From a bacterium (GTDB taxonomy: Bacteria; UBA9089; JAHJRX01), in the NCBI GenBank assembly GCA_018830565.1, contig JAHJRX010000035.1:1-38695 (forward strand): 38,695 nucleotides of DNA, given 5' to 3'. The translations under genes and the position numbers were made by a program. The stretch's first letter is position 1, and each line of letters opens with the position of its first letter. Below are positions 25,534 through 37,101 of the stretch, piece after piece. A model generated the notes under the pieces. The model was not told the origin of the DNA. It saw only the letters and a program-made list of their open reading frames with translations, and ran no database searches.

Positions 25534-27981
25534 ATGTTTGAACGTTTTACGGAAAGGGCAAAAAGAGTTATTTCCCTTGCTCAAGAAGAAGCTAAAAAAT
25601 ATAAGCATAACTACATAGGTTCTGAACATTTACTTTTAGGTATCATCGATGAAGGAGAAGGAGTAGCGGCAGAAGTATTTAACAACTTAGATATTAATTT
25701 AGATAGCATTAAGATGGAGGTAGAAAAATTAGTTTCTCCAGGAGGGGGTGCTTTAACTTTAGGAGATGTTCCATTTACTCCTCATGCTAAGAAGGTCCTG
25801 GAGTTAGCCATAGAAGAAGCTCATCTCCTTAACCATAATTATGTAGGAACAGAACATATCTTATTAGGATTAGTAAAAGAAGAAGAGAGCGTAGCCGCTC
25901 GAATTTTATTAAATAAATTTAGTGCAGATTTAAACACCATCCGGGAAGAAATTTTAAAAATATTAGGAGGAACTGCCTTTCCTGTTACCTCTGCTCCTAA
26001 GAAGAAAAAGACCACCACTCCTGTTTTAGATGCTTTCTCCCGAGATTTAACGGAGTTAGCTAGGAATAACAAATTAGACCCGGTAATAGGCAGAGAGGAA
26101 GAGATTCAAAGAGTTATCCAAATCTTAGGTCGTCGAACTAAGAATAATCCTGTGTTTATTGGGGACCCTGGAGTAGGAAAGACGGCAATCGTAGAAGGAC
26201 TAGCTCAAAAAATTGTTCAAGGTCAAGTTCCAGAATCTTTAGCTAATCAACGAGTTGTTTCTTTAGATTTAGCCTCCATAGTAGCGGGAACAAAGTTTAG
26301 AGGTGAATTTGAAGAAAGATTAAAAAGAGTAATTAACGAAGTAAAACAATCTAAAGAGATCATTTTATTTATTGATGAAATGCATACCCTGGTAGGAGCA
26401 GGTGCCGCTGAAGGAGCAATTGACGCTGCCAGTATCTTAAAACCTGCCTTAGCCAGAGGAGAGCTTCAATGTATTGGAGCTACTACTTTAGATGAATATC
26501 GTAAATATGTAGAAAGAGATGTGGCCTTAGAGCGACGATTTCAACCTATTTATGTGGATGAACCAACTATTGAAGAAACTATTGAGATCTTAAAAGGATT
26601 AAGAGATCGTTACGAAGCTCACCATCGCATCGAGATTACCGATGAAGCCATTGAAACTGCCGCCAAGTTTTCGTATCGGTATATTTCTGACCGTTTCTTA
26701 CCTGATAAAGCTATAGATTTAATCGATGAGGCTAGCTCGCGAGCTAAGCTTCAACTTACTACCACTCCGGCCGATCTAAAAGATCTTGAAAAAGAAATTG
26801 AACAAGTCTCTAAAGAAAAAGAAGCTTCTATTAGTGAACAAGAATTTGAAAAAGCTGCCTCTTTTAGAGATAAAGAACGTCAGTTAAGAAAAAAATTAGA
26901 ACGAATAAGAAAGGAGTGGAAAAATAAACACGGCATTTCTGATCGCTCTGTAAAAGCAGAAGATATTGCTAATGTTCTCTCATCATGGACAGGTGTTCCC
27001 ATATGTAAATTAGTAGAAAGTGAATCTGAAAAATTACTCCGGATGGAAGAAGATCTTCATAAGAGAGTTATAGGACAAGATGAAGCGGTAACCATCATTA
27101 GTAAGGCTATTCGTAGATCTAGAACAGCCTTAAAAGATCCTTGTCGTCCCGCCGGTTCATTTATCTTTTTAGGACCTACCGGTGTGGGAAAGACAGAATT
27201 AGCTAAAGCCTTAGCTGAATTCCTCTTTGACGATGAAGAAGCTCTTATTCAAATAGATATGTCTGAATTTATGGAAAAATTTGCGGTTTCAAGGCTTACG
27301 GGTGCTCCTCCTGGATATGTAGGCTATGAAGAAGGAGGTGAACTTACCGAAAAAGTTAGAAGAAGGCCTTATTCGGTAATTCTCTTAGATGAGATAGAAA
27401 AAGCTCATCCTGATATATATAATATCCTTCTCCAAGTATTAGAAGATGGGCAGCTTACCGATAACTTAGGACATACTGTGGATTTTAGGAATACCGTGAT
27501 TATTATCACTTCTAATATAGGAGCTAGGGATATTTTATCTAATTCTGGCTTGGGCTTTCGTACTCCCGATGAAGAACGATCCTACGAAAAAATGAAAGAA
27601 AAAGTTACTTCAGAAACCAAGAAGATATTTACTCCTGAATTTATAAATCGGATTGATGAAATTATTGTCTTTCATCCTTTAAGTAAAAAAGAGATTGAAA
27701 AAATTGTGGCTATAAAGATTGAAGAACTAAATGAAAGATTGGAATCTCAGAATATCCAAATAGAATTAAGCAAGGAAGCAGCTAAGCATTTAGCTGAAAA
27801 AGGATATGATGTTGCTTATGGAGCTCGTCATTTAAGAAGAGTTATCCAAAAAGAAATTGAAGATCCTTTATCCGAAGATCTAATCAGAGGTAATCTTAAA
27901 GATAATGAAACTATCGTTATAACTATAGAAGATGGAAAACTTACTTTTAACAAGAAAGCTTCTTTAAGTCCCTCAAGATGA
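25534..27981 (+). CDS. clpC: AAA+ unfoldase ClpC (class III stress-response Clp ATPase)
   Basis: Starts [12 protein letters not shown] with a GGAGG ribosome-binding site; the ORF from 25519 is an in-frame extension. Two Clp-N repeats, two AAA modules (GDPGVGKT and GPTGVGKT), and a UVR-like linker. Confidence 0.85.
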   Translation: MFERFTERAKRVISLAQEEAKKYKHNYIGSEHLLLGIIDEGEGVAAEVFNNLDINLDSIKMEVEKLVSPGGGALTLGDVPFTPHAKKVLELAIEEAHLLNHNYVGTEHILLGLVKEEESVAARILLNKFSADLNTIREEILKILGGTAFPVTSAPKKKKTTTPVLDAFSRDLTELARNNKLDPVIGREEEIQRVIQILGRRTKNNPVFIGDPGVGKTAIVEGLAQKIVQGQVPESLANQRVVSLDLASIVAGTKFRGEFEERLKRVINEVKQSKEIILFIDEMHTLVGAGAAEGAIDAASILKPALARGELQCIGATTLDEYRKYVERDVALERRFQPIYVDEPTIEETIEILKGLRDRYEAHHRIEITDEAIETAAKFSYRYISDRFLPDKAIDLIDEASSRAKLQLTTTPADLKDLEKEIEQVSKEKEASISEQEFEKAASFRDKERQLRKKLERIRKEWKNKHGISDRSVKAEDIANVLSSWTGVPICKLVESESEKLLRMEEDLHKRVIGQDEAVTIISKAIRRSRTALKDPCRPAGSFIFLGPTGVGKTELAKALAEFLFDDEEALIQIDMSEFMEKFAVSRLTGAPPGYVGYEEGGELTEKVRRRPYSVILLDEIEKAHPDIYNILLQVLEDGQLTDNLGHTVDFRNTVIIITSNIGARDILSNSGLGFRTPDEERSYEKMKEKVTSETKKIFTPEFINRIDEIIVFHPLSKKEIEKIVAIKIEELNERLESQNIQIELSKEAAKHLAEKGYDVAYGARHLRRVIQKEIEDPLSEDLIRGNLKDNETIVITIEDGKLTFNKKASLSPSR

Positions 27982-30900
27982 TAAAAAAAATTACTATTTT
28001 AGTTTTAAGTATCTTTTATTTCTTTCCTATTTTAGGTTATAGTTTTCTTGTGTTAGGAGATAACTATAATTTAGCCGTGAAGCTTTATCGAGATGGACAT
28101 TATGAATTAGCGGCTCGAGAATTTAATGAATTTATCCTCTCTAACCCTGACCATGAATTAATTCCCTCTGCTTTATTCGTTTTAGGTGAAACTTACTTTG
28201 CTCAAAATAAGTATCCCGAGGCTTTAGAAGAATACAAAAAATGTTTTTATGTCTCTTTTGAAGAAGACTTGAAAGCTAAGAGCTTACTACGAATGGGGGA
28301 TTGCCTTCTTTTTGATGGTAAACATCAGGAAGCTTTAGCTAAATACCAAGAGATTATAGACGCCTACCCAACCAGTGAAATAGCTATAAAAGCCATTTAT
28401 AAAAAGGCGCAGTCATATTTCAAGCAAGGAGATTTGGAAAAAGCAGAACTTCTTTACGAAGAAATTACTAAAAAATACCCTCAGTCAGGATATGCTCTTC
28501 AGGCTTATTATTCCTTAGGGGTTTGCTATTTTCGTCAACAAGAATATCCTCAAGCCATCTTACCTTTGATAAAAGTATATGCTGAGTCAAAAGACCCTCA
28601 AATCAAAGGCGAAGTTTTATACTATATAGGAGAATGTTGGTATTTACAAAACGACTATGAAAGTACTATTTCAGAACTAAATAAATTCACTCAAGACTTC
28701 AAAAATCACCCCTTTTTTTATAAAGCTTTTCTTCTTTTAGGAAAAGCTTTTTTTAAGGCTTCCAAGCTTGATCAATCTTTAGCTAACTTTAAAGAAATAG
28801 TAGAAAACTGCCCAGAAGATGAGATCTTGTCTAAAGCTTTTTACTGGATAGGAGAAATATACTACGAAAAAAAAGATTACCCCCAAGCTGCTACCAACTA
28901 TAAATACCTTATAAAACATTTTCCAAAAGATGAGTTCCTTTTGTGGGCTAAGTACAATTTAGGCTGGTGTTATTTTAACCAGAAAGAATACGAAAAAGCC
29001 ATTGAGGCTTTTCAAGAATTTAATGCTTCTTTTCCCAGCCATCAAAATACACCTAAGGTTTACTTTCAAACAGGAGAATGCTTTCAAGCTTTAAGTCAAA
29101 ATAACCAAGCTTTAGAAGCTTATCAAGAGGTGATAAGCAAATTTCCACAAGATAGTTTAGTCCCTATCTGTTTATATAAAAAAGGAAATATTTATTATCA
29201 GCAAAAAGATTATTTAAAAGCAATTACTTCTTATCAAGAAATTATCTCTAAATTTAAAGAACATCATTTATTTCCTGGCGCTTTATTTTATAATGGCTTA
29301 TCTTGTTATTATCTAAAAAATTATCCTTCTTCTATAGAAAATTTCAAAGAAGTTATTCAATCTTTTCCCTCATCTGACTTGGCAGCTAATTCTTACTTCC
29401 AATTAGGCGAAATTTATTTAGAACAAAAAGACGCTGCTAACTCACAAAAATTTTATCAAAAGTTAATAGAAAATTTTCCTAAGTCAAGTTTAGCTCCTTC
29501 TGCTTATTATGGTTTAGCTACTTCTTTTTATCAAGAAAAAAGATGGGCAGAATCCGCTAATGCTTACCAAGATCTCCTTAAAAACTTTCCAGAATCTTCT
29601 TTAATTTATGAAACCTTATATGCTTTAGGAAATTCTTACTACAATAATAAGGAATATAAAAAAGCTATCTTTTCCTATCAAGAAATCTTAAAAAAAGATC
29701 CCAAAGAAAAATTAAGTATCGCTTCTCAATATCAGATAGCTTGGTGTTACTATAAATTAGAAGATTACCCCAATGCTCTTAAAAACTTTAAAGAAGTAAT
29801 TAATAATTTCCCAAAGGAAGAAGAGTACCAAGCTTCTTCTTGGTATTGGATAGCTTGGATTTATTTTTCTCAGAAAAAATATGACGCTTCTATAGAAACT
29901 TATGAAAAACTTATCAAAGAATATCCAAAAAGTAATTTAATAGCTAAAGCTTACTTAAATATAGGAAATTGCTTATTTAATCAAAAAAGCTATCGAGAAG
30001 CTGCTCTGGCTTATAAAAAAGTAATAGAAAAATATCCTTCCCAAGAAGAGATAATTAAAGATGCTTACTATCAAGTGGGACTTTGTTATTATCTGGAAGG
30101 GAATTTAAATAAGACCGTGGATCTTTATAAAGAATTACAGCAAAAATTTCCCCAGAAGGATTTTCAAGCTAAGCTACAGTTTGTGATCGCTAAGTCTCTT
30201 TATGACCAAAATGAGATTAAAAAAGCTTCAATAGAGTTTGAAGAAGTAGTTAAAAAATTTCCTAAAAGTCTGTATGAATTAGAGGCACTTTATTGGATAT
30301 CTCGATGTTATTTAAAGAAGAGTGAATATTCTTCAGCTATTACTACCATGAAAGAGCTTTTAAATTTGTACCCCCAGACAGATTATGCGGCTGATATTTG
30401 TTATAACATAGGAGTTTCTTACTATCAGCTAAAAGAGTATCAAAAAGCCATCTTAGAATTCGATAAGCTTACCCAAAATTTTAGCCAAAAAGATGATCTT
30501 ATCGCAGAAGCTTTGTACCTTAAGGGAAAGTCCTTACAAAACATTAACCAGACTACAGAGGCTTTAAAGACTTATCAAAGATTAATCTCTGACTATCCGC
30601 AAACTTCATCAGCCTGCAAGGCTTATTTAGAAAGAGGAAATCACTTTATAGCCGAAAAGGATTATCTAAGAGCGGAAGAAGAATATCTAAAGATTGCTAA
30701 TTATGACTTAACAAAAGAGATTGCGGCTGAAGCTCAATTTTATATAGGCAAATGTGCTTTTTTATCAAAGAATATCAATAAAGCTTTAGTTGAATACTTA
30801 AAAGTAGCTTATTTTTACCCAGAAATTACTAATTGGGCAGCTAAAGGCCAGTTTCAAGCTGCTTTAACTTATGAAAAAATGAACAATCTTCCTCAAGCAA

Positions 30901-31007
30901 AAAAATTATACCAATCTATTATTGCCACTTACAAAGATAGTCAAGAAGCAGAAAAGTCAAAAGCATGTTTAGATATTTTAGAGAAAAAAGCTACAAAATT
31001 ACCATAA
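27978..31007 (+). CDS. large periplasmic tetratricopeptide-repeat protein (~25 TPR units) with an N-terminal signal/anchor
   Basis: 1009 aa. Recurrent 34-residue pattern (..A.Y.LG..Y....Y..A...F...I..FP.S). Hydrophobic N-terminus [17 protein letters not shown]. Its ATG overlaps the clpC TGA (ATGA). Confidence 0.8.
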   Translation: MIKKITILVLSIFYFFPILGYSFLVLGDNYNLAVKLYRDGHYELAAREFNEFILSNPDHELIPSALFVLGETYFAQNKYPEALEEYKKCFYVSFEEDLKAKSLLRMGDCLLFDGKHQEALAKYQEIIDAYPTSEIAIKAIYKKAQSYFKQGDLEKAELLYEEITKKYPQSGYALQAYYSLGVCYFRQQEYPQAILPLIKVYAESKDPQIKGEVLYYIGECWYLQNDYESTISELNKFTQDFKNHPFFYKAFLLLGKAFFKASKLDQSLANFKEIVENCPEDEILSKAFYWIGEIYYEKKDYPQAATNYKYLIKHFPKDEFLLWAKYNLGWCYFNQKEYEKAIEAFQEFNASFPSHQNTPKVYFQTGECFQALSQNNQALEAYQEVISKFPQDSLVPICLYKKGNIYYQQKDYLKAITSYQEIISKFKEHHLFPGALFYNGLSCYYLKNYPSSIENFKEVIQSFPSSDLAANSYFQLGEIYLEQKDAANSQKFYQKLIENFPKSSLAPSAYYGLATSFYQEKRWAESANAYQDLLKNFPESSLIYETLYALGNSYYNNKEYKKAIFSYQEILKKDPKEKLSIASQYQIAWCYYKLEDYPNALKNFKEVINNFPKEEEYQASSWYWIAWIYFSQKKYDASIETYEKLIKEYPKSNLIAKAYLNIGNCLFNQKSYREAALAYKKVIEKYPSQEEIIKDAYYQVGLCYYLEGNLNKTVDLYKELQQKFPQKDFQAKLQFVIAKSLYDQNEIKKASIEFEEVVKKFPKSLYELEALYWISRCYLKKSEYSSAITTMKELLNLYPQTDYAADICYNIGVSYYQLKEYQKAILEFDKLTQNFSQKDDLIAEALYLKGKSLQNINQTTEALKTYQRLISDYPQTSSACKAYLERGNHFIAEKDYLRAEEEYLKIANYDLTKEIAAEAQFYIGKCAFLSKNINKALVEYLKVAYFYPEITNWAAKGQFQAALTYEKMNNLPQAKKLYQSIIATYKDSQEAEKSKACLDILEKKATKLP

Positions 31008-31042
31008 ACCAACCTAAGTTCTATTATCAAGAAAAGGAAGCT

Positions 31043-32683
31043 ATGTTAAAAAAAAATTATCTCTTTTTATCTTTAGCCATCTTAATGTTATTTTCTTCAA
31101 ATATTACCTTTGGAGAAGAAGAACCTGATATAAAACTTCCAGGAGTAACTATTATTGGCCAAGATAAATCACTCTTAGAAAAAGAAATAAAGCCTGAAAA
31201 GATAAAGATAAAGATTAAAGAAGATATTAGTCTGACTAAAGAACCCATTAAAGAACCTAGCTTAGAAATAGAAATACCTTTTCTCGAAGAAAAAGTTATT
31301 TTAAGAGAAAAGACTACTTCTTTAAAAAAAGAAGGGATTATTTCTTCCTTTGCCTTTAACGGAGGTAATGCTAATTCCTTAGAATATCAATATCTCTATG
31401 GCCAAAAGATTAAAAAAGCTAATACCTTATTTATTATAGAGAGAGGCAAATCTGATGGTTTTATTATTAATGAAAAGCGATTTAATAAGCATAGTCAGGA
31501 CAAGATATCCCTTAATTTAGATCTGCCCTTACTTTTGGAAGTACCTTTTAAGACTACTAATCTTAAGGAAGAAGTCTTTTTTTTCACGGAAGCAAAGTAT
31601 AACCAAAAAGAAGAAGATCTTCCTTTTAGTCAAGATGAAGAGATCTTTAAAGATTTAAAAATAGTTCTAAAAAATAAACCTTTTAAGATCTCAAATTCTA
31701 ATTTAAGCTTTATCTTTACTACTACAAAGAGTAAATTAATTCACCAAAAAAAGATAGAAGCTAACTTTACCGATCTTAGTCTTTATCTTTATACCTATCT
31801 TAAAAAATATTTACCTAAGCCTTATCCCTTAAATCTTTCCTTAAAGATCCAAAGAGAAGCTCTAGAAAAAGATAAAAGATGGAACTACCTGCTTTCCGCA
31901 GAAAGTAATAATATTGAAGTAAAAGATTATGCCATAAGGGTTAGCACTGATTATTATCACTATGATGGTTCTTCAAGTTTGGGGTTTAAGATAAATACTT
32001 TTTATCCTTATCGGAAAGATTTAAAATTATTTGCTACCTTGGATAGAAAGATTAATCTACCAACCTTTAGAGATATTTATGGAGTAGAAAAATATATAGA
32101 GACGACTATCCCTTGCTACTCTCCTCAAAAGACAGGAGAAATAGAAGGAGGTCTCAACTATCAAAAAAGTACTGATTTCTTGATCAGTAGTTCTTTATTC
32201 TTAGAAAGAACTACTGATTTTATCTCTTGGGGTGACCAAGATCATGATCAATTATACGAACCAATTAATATAAAAAAAGTTAAGCTTTCTGGTTTAAGAC
32301 TTAAGGTTAAAAAAGAACTATCTCCAAGTATATCTCTTCAAGGCAATCTTACTTATCACTTTTCCCTTAAGAATGAAATCCCAGGAGAATATCTTCCTTT
32401 CCTTCCCAAAGAAGAAGCAAAAGTTTGTCTAAAAATGCCAAACTTTAAAGGAATAGATCTTGAGTTTACCGCCACTTATAAAGGAAATCTTTATAGCAAC
32501 CATCAACAACCGATTAAACTAAAGAGTTTTTCCTTGTTAAGTTTTAAACTTGGTAAAAATATTGACGATCGCTTAGATGTCTTTATTTCTGGAGATAATA
32601 TTCTTAATAAAAAGTATCAAATAAGAGAAGGATACTTCGGTAATTTAGCCACTATCTTTGCGGGTTTTACTATTAAGATATAA
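31043..32683 (+). CDS. putative outer-membrane beta-barrel protein with a signal peptide
   Basis: The ATG at 31043 is preceded by AAAAGGAAG; the ORF from 30965 is an extension. Signal peptide MLKKNYLFLSLAILMLFSSNITFG. The C-terminal half has alternating-hydrophobic strands and ends ...YFGNLATIFAGFTIKI, which is OMP/TonB-dependent-receptor-like. Confidence 0.55.
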   Translation: MLKKNYLFLSLAILMLFSSNITFGEEEPDIKLPGVTIIGQDKSLLEKEIKPEKIKIKIKEDISLTKEPIKEPSLEIEIPFLEEKVILREKTTSLKKEGIISSFAFNGGNANSLEYQYLYGQKIKKANTLFIIERGKSDGFIINEKRFNKHSQDKISLNLDLPLLLEVPFKTTNLKEEVFFFTEAKYNQKEEDLPFSQDEEIFKDLKIVLKNKPFKISNSNLSFIFTTTKSKLIHQKKIEANFTDLSLYLYTYLKKYLPKPYPLNLSLKIQREALEKDKRWNYLLSAESNNIEVKDYAIRVSTDYYHYDGSSSLGFKINTFYPYRKDLKLFATLDRKINLPTFRDIYGVEKYIETTIPCYSPQKTGEIEGGLNYQKSTDFLISSSLFLERTTDFISWGDQDHDQLYEPINIKKVKLSGLRLKVKKELSPSISLQGNLTYHFSLKNEIPGEYLPFLPKEEAKVCLKMPNFKGIDLEFTATYKGNLYSNHQQPIKLKSFSLLSFKLGKNIDDRLDVFISGDNILNKKYQIREGYFGNLATIFAGFTIKI

Positions 32684-33204
32684 TGCCCACGGTCTATATT
32701 TCAATAGGTTCTAACCTCGATAAAGAAAGAAATATTACTCTTTGCCTTTTTAACCTTGAGTCTTCTCAAGAGATAAAAATAAAAAGGTTATCTAATATTT
32801 ATCTTACCTCACCGGTAGGACACCAAAGGCAAGAGGACTTTTTAAACTTTGTGGCTGAAATAAATACTTACTTAACCCCTCTCAATCTTCTTCTGAAGTT
32901 AAAGAAGATTGAGAAAAAACAAGAAAGAGAGTATGAAATATTTTGGGGTCCGCGAACGATAGATCTAGATATAATCTTTTATGATCATTTAGTCTTAGAA
33001 GATGATCAATTAACCATTCCTCATCGGCACATGGAGGAAAGAGCTTTTGTTTTAAAACCTTTAAGTGAATTAGAGCCTTTATATATTCACCCTTTCCTTA
33101 ATAAAAGCGTAAGAGAATTGCTTAATGAATTAAAAGAAGATGGCATTACCCTTTATGGAAAATGGACAAAGAAAGAAAGCCATTGGATAATAAATAAGAC
33201 TTAA
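32683..33204 (+). CDS. folK: 2-amino-4-hydroxy-6-hydroxymethyldihydropteridine pyrophosphokinase (HPPK)
   Basis: TVYISIGSNL...WGPRTIDLDIIFYD...IPHRHMEERAFVLKPL matches HPPK motifs. Its ATG overlaps the upstream stop. Confidence 0.8.
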   Translation: MPTVYISIGSNLDKERNITLCLFNLESSQEIKIKRLSNIYLTSPVGHQRQEDFLNFVAEINTYLTPLNLLLKLKKIEKKQEREYEIFWGPRTIDLDIIFYDHLVLEDDQLTIPHRHMEERAFVLKPLSELEPLYIHPFLNKSVRELLNELKEDGITLYGKWTKKESHWIINKT

Positions 33205-33285
33205 TTTTGTGAGAAAATGACTTGTCAATAATTATTACCACCAATGATTTTATAACAACAGCTAAAAGAAAGATGAGGTGTTTTG

Positions 33286-33939
33286 ATGTCCGATGTTAAT
33301 TCCTTAGAGAAAGAGCTAAGATCAGTAAAGCATTATAAGAATAATCGTTATAGAGGAATGGATCAAAGAATAATAAACTCTAAAGAGTTAGCGATTATAA
33401 AAAGGATATTTAGCTATTTAAATAAAGAGAGAAGAGATTACTCCTTGCTTGATGTTCCTTGTGGATATGGACGGTTTTCTCCACTTTTAGAAAAAGAATG
33501 GAAATTTACGAGCCTCGATATCTCGCTTCCTATGGTTTTGGAATGTAAGAAATCTCTTTCTTCTGCTTCAAATCAAGATTTTTTAGTAGCCAACATAAAA
33601 AAACTACCTTTAAAAGATAGTAGTTATGACTGTGTCCTTACCATAAGGTTAATTCAACATGTTCTGGAAAAGGCGGAACGGATAGAAATCTTTAAAGAAA
33701 TAAATAGAGTCACCAGAAGATATTTAATTCTTTCTTTTTACAAGAGAAGCAATATTCATCTAACCTTTAGAAGAATTGAATCTTTTTTTAACCGATCAAG
33801 AAAGAAAATAAGCATGCTATTATGGAAAGAATTTAAAGATGAGGTTGAATCTTGTGGATTTAGAGTTTTAAAAGTATTTCCAGTCTTAAAGTATCTTCAT
33901 GCTTCCCATATTGTTCTTTTAGAAAAACTGGCAGTTTAA
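33286..33939 (+). CDS. class I SAM-dependent methyltransferase
   Basis: Motif I LLDVPCGYGRFSP. ~217 aa. GAGGTG ribosome-binding site. Confidence 0.6.
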   Translation: MSDVNSLEKELRSVKHYKNNRYRGMDQRIINSKELAIIKRIFSYLNKERRDYSLLDVPCGYGRFSPLLEKEWKFTSLDISLPMVLECKKSLSSASNQDFLVANIKKLPLKDSSYDCVLTIRLIQHVLEKAERIEIFKEINRVTRRYLILSFYKRSNIHLTFRRIESFFNRSRKKISMLLWKEFKDEVESCGFRVLKVFPVLKYLHASHIVLLEKLAV

Positions 33940-33968
33940 TTAAATCGTAAATGTTTTGGCGCCAGTTG

Positions 33969-35534
33969 TCAGTTAAGACCAGGAACATTACTTAAATGTT
34001 TTATAGCTTGGGGAATATCGTTCAAAACATCACTGGCTATCAAAGAAAGTTCACCTCTTTCTTTAAGAGCTATATCTCCTGATAAACCATGGAGATATAC
34101 CCCTAATTTACTTGCTTCTAAAGGATTCAAGCCTTGAGCCAAGAACCCGCCGATGATACCCGTTAAAACATCTCCCATTCCTGGTGAAGCCATACCAGAA
34201 TTACCCGTAGAATTTATGAAAACCTCTCCGGTAGGAGAGGCAATAATTGTATTTGCTCCTTTTAAAACTAGAACAAGATTATATTCCAGAGCTACTTTTT
34301 GAGCATAAAAGATCCGATTTATTAAGATATCCTCAATCTTAGTCTTTAAAAAATGAGCTAATTCTCCAGAATGAGGAGTAATTATTACCGGTGCTTTGGC
34401 TTTCTTTAATATTTCTGGCTTTTCAGCTAAAGCAAATATAGCATCAGCATCAATAACCATAGGAATATTAATACTTTCAACTAAGTTATGAATAAGTTTT
34501 ATGGTTTCTTTTTCTCTGCCGATACCAGGCCCCAAAGCGATAGATTGGAATTTAGAAATTAAGTTCATTATCGTAGAATAACCTTTATAGCTAAAGCTAC
34601 CCAAAGGAGTCTCTGGTATTGGATGAGTCATTACTTCGGTTAGCTTAACTTCCAGGATAGAATTTAAACTTTCAGGAATACCTAAGATCACAATTCCACT
34701 TCCTGTTAGTAAAGCTGCTTGGCTGGATAAAGTAGCAGCTCCAGTCATTCCTCGACTTCCAGCCAATAAGAATATTTTTCCGCACCTACCTTTGTGGTCA
34801 TCTTTTAATCTTTTAGGAAGAAGTAAAGAAATATCTTCTTTTTCTAGATAATTTAGACATAAATTAGGATCATTAAGAAGGTCTTTAGGAAAACCAAGAT
34901 CTAATATCAATAACTTGCCAAGATAATTTATTCCAGGTGAAAGAAACATTCCTATTTTAGGAAGACCAAAAGTAAAGGTATAGGTAGCTTTAATAGAAGT
35001 ACCTAATAATTTACCACTATCCCCATTAATTCCTGAAGGAATATCTAAAGAGATAATAGGTTTTTTTAAAGAGTTAAGACAATTTATAATCTCAACAAAG
35101 TGATCCGATAGTCTTTCTTTACCTCCTATGCCTAAAATAGCATCAATAATCAGATCGAAGGAAAACAATTCATCTTTTTCTTTCTGGAAATTTTCTATGG
35201 AATTAGCCTTCCTTATAGGAATCTTAAGTGATTTAACTATCTTTAAATTAGTTTCAGCTATACCTTTGGCTTTCTCTTCGTCCATCATTAAAAATACCTC
35301 TACAGAGATATCTTGATTAAAAAGATGTCTAGCTATTACCAAGCCATCTCCGCCATTATTCCCCGGACCAACAAAAACAGCTACTTTTTTAAACTTTAAA
35401 TCAGGGAAGAGCTGGTGGAGACTTTCTATGCTCTTGATACCTGCATTTTCCATTAAAATAATACTTGGCATAAAGTATTTTTCAGTAGCCATCTTATCTA
35501 TTTCATACATTTGATTAACATTAGCAACTTTCAT
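33969..35534 (-). CDS. nnr: bifunctional NAD(P)H-hydrate repair enzyme Nnr (YjeF N-terminal epimerase plus C-terminal dehydratase)
   Basis: N-terminal YjeF_N block GPGNNGGDGLVIARHL. C-terminal carbohydrate-kinase-like domain with GDVLTGIIGGFLAQG. 521 aa. Confidence 0.8.
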   Translation of the reverse strand: MKVANVNQMYEIDKMATEKYFMPSIILMENAGIKSIESLHQLFPDLKFKKVAVFVGPGNNGGDGLVIARHLFNQDISVEVFLMMDEEKAKGIAETNLKIVKSLKIPIRKANSIENFQKEKDELFSFDLIIDAILGIGGKERLSDHFVEIINCLNSLKKPIISLDIPSGINGDSGKLLGTSIKATYTFTFGLPKIGMFLSPGINYLGKLLILDLGFPKDLLNDPNLCLNYLEKEDISLLLPKRLKDDHKGRCGKIFLLAGSRGMTGAATLSSQAALLTGSGIVILGIPESLNSILEVKLTEVMTHPIPETPLGSFSYKGYSTIMNLISKFQSIALGPGIGREKETIKLIHNLVESINIPMVIDADAIFALAEKPEILKKAKAPVIITPHSGELAHFLKTKIEDILINRIFYAQKVALEYNLVLVLKGANTIIASPTGEVFINSTGNSGMASPGMGDVLTGIIGGFLAQGLNPLEASKLGVYLHGLSGDIALKERGELSLIASDVLNDIPQAIKHLSNVPGLN

Positions 35535-37038
35535 GGTAACCCTTAAATAAAAAGTAATACTTAATCTTTTTATAGCATTTCTTTAACAGCTTGTAAATTA
35601 AGATTAAACCCCAAATAAGATCAAGGTGGTAGAATTTATACTTTATCCTTAACGAAGTAGTTAATTTCAGAAAATTATAAACAAATTCTAATTTAAATTT
35701 TTTTACCAGCTTAAGAGTAGAGAAGGGAGGATATAAGATCTCCAGATAGTATTGAAAAAACCTCACTACCTTCATTTCGTACCTAAGGTTAGTCCAGGGC
35801 ACCACTACCTCTTCTGTCTTAAACTTAGTCCATTCTAAAAGATTTAAAGGAGGTTTAAATCCATGCTCTTTAGCCATTTCAAAACCATAAGTTCCAGGCC
35901 AGGGAGAGTAATGATGAATAGAGATGAGACAGTTAGGATGAATATTCTTTAGTCTTAAGACTAAGTCAAATGTCTTCTCCAGGTCTTTAAAGCCATCTTC
36001 TTTCATCATTCCCACGATAAAAGAATAAGAAGGTCGAATATCATATTTTTTTAAGATCGTATTACATCTTTCAATATCAGAGAAAGTTATATCTTTCTGA
36101 ATAAGATCAAGGATCTTATTAGAACCACTTTCAGCTCCAAGGTATAAGAGACCAAGCCCACTCTTCTTCATATAAAGAAGAAGCTCTTCATCTAAATGCA
36201 AAACTTGATCAACTCTAATATTAGCCTCCCAAGTGATATTTAAGCCTTCCTCGCAGATGCTTTTAAGTATCTCTTTAGCTCTTCTTCGATGAATGAAGAA
36301 GTTAAAATCCAAAATATTTATCCGATTTACTTTAAATCGAGAGACTAAATATTTCAAGTCATCAACTACTTGTTCTACCTTTAAAGCATAATATCTATTC
36401 CTTCCAAAGGTAAGAGGAACGCAACAAAAAGCACATCTTCCGTAACAACCAATACTTGAAACATAACCTAAAATTCGAGACTGACCATCAAAACTTTTTT
36501 GAATATGTCTTTCTACTGGTATTAAGTCGTATGCTTTTCGATTGATAGGTTTTATATCTTTGATAAATTGTATTTCATTAACTTTGATCTCCTGACCTTT
36601 TCTATAGACTAAGGATGGTATCTTTTTAAAGTCCTCCTTATTTTCCAAAGACTTCACTAATTCCAAGAAGGCCAGTTCTCCTTGACCTCTAATAATAAAG
36701 TCAATCTTCTTGTCTTGGAGTATTTGTTCATACATCAAGGTAGGAAACCATCCTCCCCAAACTATAGGTAAGTTAGGAAGATGTTTTTTTATAAGGCAAG
36801 TAACCCGGTAGCCACTCTTAACTTGATTTCCTAAAATTAAGCTTATTCCTAAACAAAGAGATTTTTTAGATAGAGCCAGGAGTCTTTCTTCAAAATTATC
36901 TTCAATGTTGGCGTTAATGATGTTAACTTGATAGCCATTTTCCAAGAGAGGAGCAGAAATAGCCAAAAGTCCCAAGGGAGGATAAGAAGGAGTTTCATTA
37001 ATTAAGGGGTAAAATAAAGTTATCTCTTTATTAGCCAT
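35521..37038 (-). CDS. B12-binding-domain radical SAM enzyme (second copy in the window)
   Basis: N-terminal Rossmann/B12-like region (ITLFYPLINETPSYPPLGLLAIS). Radical-SAM cluster motif CYGRCAFC (CxxxCxxC). Basic/aromatic C-terminal tail. Start placed at MANKE; the ORF can extend to 37101. Overlaps nnr by 14 nt. Confidence 0.7.
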   Translation of the reverse strand: MANKEITLFYPLINETPSYPPLGLLAISAPLLENGYQVNIINANIEDNFEERLLALSKKSLCLGISLILGNQVKSGYRVTCLIKKHLPNLPIVWGGWFPTLMYEQILQDKKIDFIIRGQGELAFLELVKSLENKEDFKKIPSLVYRKGQEIKVNEIQFIKDIKPINRKAYDLIPVERHIQKSFDGQSRILGYVSSIGCYGRCAFCCVPLTFGRNRYYALKVEQVVDDLKYLVSRFKVNRINILDFNFFIHRRRAKEILKSICEEGLNITWEANIRVDQVLHLDEELLLYMKKSGLGLLYLGAESGSNKILDLIQKDITFSDIERCNTILKKYDIRPSYSFIVGMMKEDGFKDLEKTFDLVLRLKNIHPNCLISIHHYSPWPGTYGFEMAKEHGFKPPLNLLEWTKFKTEEVVVPWTNLRYEMKVVRFFQYYLEILYPPFSTLKLVKKFKLEFVYNFLKLTTSLRIKYKFYHLDLIWGLILIYKLLKKCYKKIKYYFLFKGYHESC

Positions 37039-37101
37039 ATTGAAATTTTCAGATTCCCTTGTGTGTGTCCGATTTCTGCACAGGTCGAAAAACTTGAACA
37101 T

